A stretch of DNA of 30,640 bases, from assembly GCA_051117555.1 (NCBI GenBank), contig JBNPEG010000137.1:1-30640 (forward strand). The letters run 5' to 3'. Positions 26,611 through 30,640 of the stretch are shown piece after piece. Position 1 is the stretch's first letter; every line of letters starts with the position of its first letter. Made by a program: the position numbers and the translations under genes. Below the pieces are notes generated by a model. That model searched no databases, was not told the DNA's origin, and saw only the letters and a program-made list of their open reading frames with translations. The DNA comes from Elainellaceae cyanobacterium. Its GTDB lineage: Bacteria; Cyanobacteriota; Cyanobacteriia; CAZCXK01.

Positions 26611-27608
26611 GTTCTCCAATACGTATCCGACTATCGTTTCTTCATCTGTTGGCATGGGTCATGTCAACGGGGGGCACCGCTGCTCTCATCTATTTGGCCT
26701 GTCTACCCAGCGGCGTTTTCGAAAATCGCGTTGATCACGAAAAGTCAATTCGACAGGTTTCATTCTTTTGGGCAGGGGTCTGTAGTTTTATCGCATTTAC
26801 GACATCTCAACGCGTCCTTCACTATGATGCCGAATCCGACATCAATGAACGCTCAGACATCGACCAACTTCTCAAACTAGTTGACAGCAAGGATGAACTA
26901 GACCGTCAACGAGGCATTATTTATTTACAGCGAGTGAGTCGCAAGGGCGATCGCATGACTGGTTTAAACCTTAGAGACCTAAATTTTAGTGGCGCGCACT
27001 TTCCCGACGTCAACTTTAAAGACTGTGATTTGAGGCGAGCCGATTTTACTGGCACAAATCTCAGCCAGGCAAACTTGTGTGGAGCCAATCTAGATGGCGC
27101 CAACCTAAGCCGCGCCAACTTAACAGGGGCAGACCTCTCCGAAGCCAGTCTCCGGGGATCTGTGATGGACAGCGTCAATCTCAACGATGCCACCCTTCAT
27201 GGCGCGACTCTCGATGGCGCCAATCTGAGTCACGCCAGCATCGATGGCACCAATCTCATCGAAGCCAGCTTCAGTGACGCCAATCTTCATGGCGCCAACT
27301 TCCACCGAGCGAAACTCTCTAGAACAAAATTTAAGAACGCAAATCTGACCAAAGCCAGCTTCGACGGAGCTAGCCTCGATAATGCTATGCTTGACGGCGC
27401 AAATCTAGAGAATGCCAACTTTGAAGGCGCAAACCTCATGAGTGCCAGCTTGGTCGATACCAACTTTAAGCGAACAAACTTGTTTCAGGCAAATCTCTGG
27501 AAAAGCTTCGTGGGTGACAATTTGAAAGCCGCCCTGCTATGCAGCACGACAATGCCAGACGGGGCTGTTGAAAATCGAGATTGTCCAAAAACCACTGAGA
27601 CTGAGTAG
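26607..27608 (+). CDS. Membrane-anchored pentapeptide-repeat protein
   Basis: Two N-terminal hydrophobic segments, ANL repeats, LC.TTMPDG...NRDC cap. Confidence 0.9.
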   Translation: MSSPIRIRLSFLHLLAWVMSTGGTAALIYLACLPSGVFENRVDHEKSIRQVSFFWAGVCSFIAFTTSQRVLHYDAESDINERSDIDQLLKLVDSKDELDRQRGIIYLQRVSRKGDRMTGLNLRDLNFSGAHFPDVNFKDCDLRRADFTGTNLSQANLCGANLDGANLSRANLTGADLSEASLRGSVMDSVNLNDATLHGATLDGANLSHASIDGTNLIEASFSDANLHGANFHRAKLSRTKFKNANLTKASFDGASLDNAMLDGANLENANFEGANLMSASLVDTNFKRTNLFQANLWKSFVGDNLKAALLCSTTMPDGAVENRDCPKTTETE

Positions 27609-27742
27609 AGCAGTCGAAGCACTCGCACTGATGAGCGATCTATCACTCTCATCCGATAGATGAGCCGATGAGGGCAAATCTCGTAAAATAATCAGAGAAA
27701 ACATCAGAACAGATTCAGGGCGATCGCAGTTCGTTAGTGCAC

Positions 27743-29077
27743 ATGACTCATCCTCATCAAACTGATCCGTCTTCCGATGATTCTTCACCCTCTAATCCAT
27801 CGGCTGACCTCCAGCCGTCAGAGTCGACGGAGACGTCATTACGGCAGCGAGTCGCAGGAGTGTGGAATAGTGCAACGACGCGATTAACAAAGCTGCTTCC
27901 GGTTGATCGGGCTACACAAACTGCTGTGCAATGGTTTAGCGTCGACGAAGAGCAGGTCGCAGAAATTTTAGACCGCATTCGGTCTGAACTGCCCACGACA
28001 GAAGCCGTGCTAATTGGCAAGCCCCAGGCCGGAAAAAGCTCAATTGTGCGAGGGTTAACAGGGGTTTCTGCCGAAATTGTCGGGCAAGGGTTTCGCCCCT
28101 ATACGCAGCACACCGAACGCTATGCCTATCCGTCTGACGATCTGCCCTTGCTCATCTTCACTGACACGGTTGGCTTGGGTGATGTTGATCGGAATACCCA
28201 AACGATTATTCAAGAACTTGTCGATGATCTGCAAATTGATCGGCAACGCGCCCGCATCTTGATTTTGACGGTCAAAATTAATGACTTTGCCGTTGATACG
28301 CTGCGCCAGGTCGCTCAGCAACTCCGCGACCAGTATCCCTCTATTCCCTGTCTACTAGCGGTGACCTGTTTGCATGAAGTGTATCCCCCTCATACCGACG
28401 ATCATCCAGCGTACCCGCCTGACTATGAGGAAGTTAAGCGAGCGTTTACGGCGCTGCAAGACTCATTCGCTGATTTGTGCGATCGCGCGGTGATGATTGA
28501 CTTCACCCTCGAAGAAGATGACTACACGCCCGTATTTTATGGGCTCGATGCCTTAAAAAATGCCCTTGCAAATCTTCTACCCGAAGCTGAATCGCGGACA
28601 ATGCACCAATTGCTCGATCAGGGCGACGCAAGTCGTCAACTAGGAAACCTGTATCGAGACGTGGGTCGTCACTACATGACCGCCTTTTCCGTCATGGCGG
28701 CGACGCTGGCTGCGGTGCCGTTGCCATTTGCCACAATGCCCGTTCTAACCGCCTTACAAGTGTCGATGGTGGGGCTGCTTGGCCGGTTGTATGGGCAAAC
28801 GCTCACGCCGTCTCAGGCGGGGGGAGTCGTGAGTGCGATCGCCGGAGGGTTTTTGGCTCAAGCGGTCGGGCGAGAACTGATTAAATTTATTCCTGGATTT
28901 GGCAGCGTGATCGCAGCATCGTGGGCGGCTGCCTATACTTGGGCGCTTGGAGAAGGTGCCTGCGTTTATTTTGGTGATCTTCTGGGTGGGAAAAAGCCTG
29001 ACCCTGACAAGATTCAGTCGGTCATGCAAGATGCCTTCAAGACCGCAAGAGAAAGATTTAAGGGAATTCGCCCCTAA
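27743..29077 (+). CDS. Era-like GTPase with YcjF/DUF697 C-terminal domain
   Basis: GKPQAGKSS, DTVG, hydrophobic C-terminus with LIKFIPGFG. Confidence 0.88.
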   Translation: MTHPHQTDPSSDDSSPSNPSADLQPSESTETSLRQRVAGVWNSATTRLTKLLPVDRATQTAVQWFSVDEEQVAEILDRIRSELPTTEAVLIGKPQAGKSSIVRGLTGVSAEIVGQGFRPYTQHTERYAYPSDDLPLLIFTDTVGLGDVDRNTQTIIQELVDDLQIDRQRARILILTVKINDFAVDTLRQVAQQLRDQYPSIPCLLAVTCLHEVYPPHTDDHPAYPPDYEEVKRAFTALQDSFADLCDRAVMIDFTLEEDDYTPVFYGLDALKNALANLLPEAESRTMHQLLDQGDASRQLGNLYRDVGRHYMTAFSVMAATLAAVPLPFATMPVLTALQVSMVGLLGRLYGQTLTPSQAGGVVSAIAGGFLAQAVGRELIKFIPGFGSVIAASWAAAYTWALGEGACVYFGDLLGGKKPDPDKIQSVMQDAFKTARERFKGIRP

Positions 29078-29150
29078 CATAACGGGCGATCGCGTTTATA
29101 TTAAGAAGCGTGAACCTTTCTCATGCGTCCGACAGGGCAAAGGAGTATCT

Positions 29151-30517
29151 GTGACTACTGACATTCACCTACAGCGTGACAGTCATACTGAGCCTGATGC
29201 GTTGAATCATGCCGATGATCTGCCCTTCCAATGGACGAAGCAGTGGTATCCGGTTGCAGTCATCGAATGCCTTGATCCGTCTCGCCCCCATGCCATCCAA
29301 CTGCTCGGCAATGACCTGGTTATTTGGCGCGATCACACCGGGCAGTGGCGCTGCTTTGCAGATGCTTGCCCCCATCGTTCAGCGCCGCTGTCAGAAGGGC
29401 GGGTGGAGGCAGACGGCACGCTGCTCTGCGCCTATCATGGGTGGCGGTTTGCCCCGGACGGCCACTGCGATCGCATTCCCCAAGCTTCAGATCCAGACAC
29501 TGAAGCCAGCCACTGCGCCAATCCAAAGTCGTGTGCGATCGCCTATCCGACTCAAGAGCGCCAGGGGTTGCTGTGGGTCTGGGCTGAATCCGGATCGGAC
29601 GCACAGGTCGAAAGCCAGCTCCGAGAACCTCGCCTGATTCCAGAGCTTGAACAGGGATCTGATCGCGTCGTGAAGCTGTTCTGGAATATCCGCGACTTGC
29701 CCTACGGGTGGGACTTTTTCCATGGAAAATGTGGCAGACCCTGCCCACGTCCCCGTTGCTCATCATGGCTTGGTGGGCGATCGCTATAAAGATGCGAAGT
29801 ACTACGACATGCCGCGCATTCGGGAGATGTCAACCCAAGACGGATGTGCGTTTGGCATCACTCCTACCGCTCCGACAATTCGAGAGGCTGTTCACGACTT
29901 TCAGCCTCCCTGCCACATGCGAATTGCCACAACGTTTGACGATGGCGGCATGCTGATTTTAGCGCTCTATGCGACTCCAACGCGCCCCGGTTGGTGTCGC
30001 CATATCGGGTGTCAAGTTTTGGTTAAAAACGATGCCGGAAAAACGCCCAGAGGGCTGGCATTTTTTGCGCTCCCTATGCCAACCTGGCTAGGGCATGTTC
30101 TGGCATCGCTGTTTCTCCATCAAGATTTAGTATTTCTCCACTATCAAGAAAAGATTGTAGCCAAACGGCATCCTCAACGGTGGCTTGAACAGGTCTATAC
30201 GCCCAATCCGCAGGACAAAATGGTCATCGCAGTCCGTCAGTGGTTAGAGAAACGAGCGGGCGGCGCTATCCCGTGGGCGTCATCGCGTGAGCTGCCACCT
30301 GCCGAATACGACAAGCAAAAACTCTTTGATGTCTGGGCAACCCATACTCAACACTGCCAGGTCTGCCAGGATGCGCTCAAAACCATCACCCGTATGACTA
30401 CCACCCTATTTGCACTTGCAGTAGTGGGTCTATTGATGGGCATTCTCATCGATGCGCAATATGTGGCAACCCAAGCGGCGATCGCCACCCTAGATCATCG
30501 GCCCTTCTCATGGATTA
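29151..30517 (+). pseudogene. Rieske non-heme iron oxygenase (PaO/Tic55-like), frameshifted and interrupted by an IS
   Basis: CPHR...CAYHGW in one frame; MENVADPAHVPVAH and HTQHCQVC in another; extra C at 29720-29721. Confidence 0.85.
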
Positions 30518-30640
30518 TACCAATTCTCTTGGTTGAGGCTACAGATTCTGCAATTATGAAGGAGCAGAGTTTGGCATATATCCATGGCAGGGGTCTACCG
30601 ATTAGAAATTTCGGAAAGTAGCGAGGAGTTAAAACATCTG
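30518..30640 (+). mobile_element. Left end of an IS630-family element; transposase starts at 30584 (MAGVYRLEISESSEELKHL)
   Basis: TA at 30516-30517, then TACCAATTCTC end; N-terminus typical of cyanobacterial IS630 HTH ORFs. Confidence 0.8.

Overview
Cyanobacterial chromosomal DNA: the HIP1 octamer GCGATCGC is frequent, and ndhCKJ, a ycf35 operon and pentapeptide-repeat genes are present. An IS630-like element enters at each end, interrupting an Hsp20 gene on the left and a PaO-like Rieske oxygenase on the right. Core genes are a GNAT, ndhCKJ, folC, DUF2997-ycf35-ferredoxin, two GT-C glycosyltransferases, a P-type ATPase and a YcjF-like GTPase. The most unusual part is an accessory island at about 13.6-18.9 kb. 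It holds three co-oriented integron attC-like sites with no integrase in the window, flanking cassette-like genes (antitoxin with truncated VapC, a DUF4760-like ORF, DUF1801). It is also cut into modules by three direct copies of a ~130-bp REPIN-like repeat, and unrelated DNA joins each copy at the same HIP1-containing end. A second accessory block at 23.5-27.6 kb carries a plasmid-type ParM/ParR-like operon beside a MITE. All family calls come from motif recognition, not database searches.
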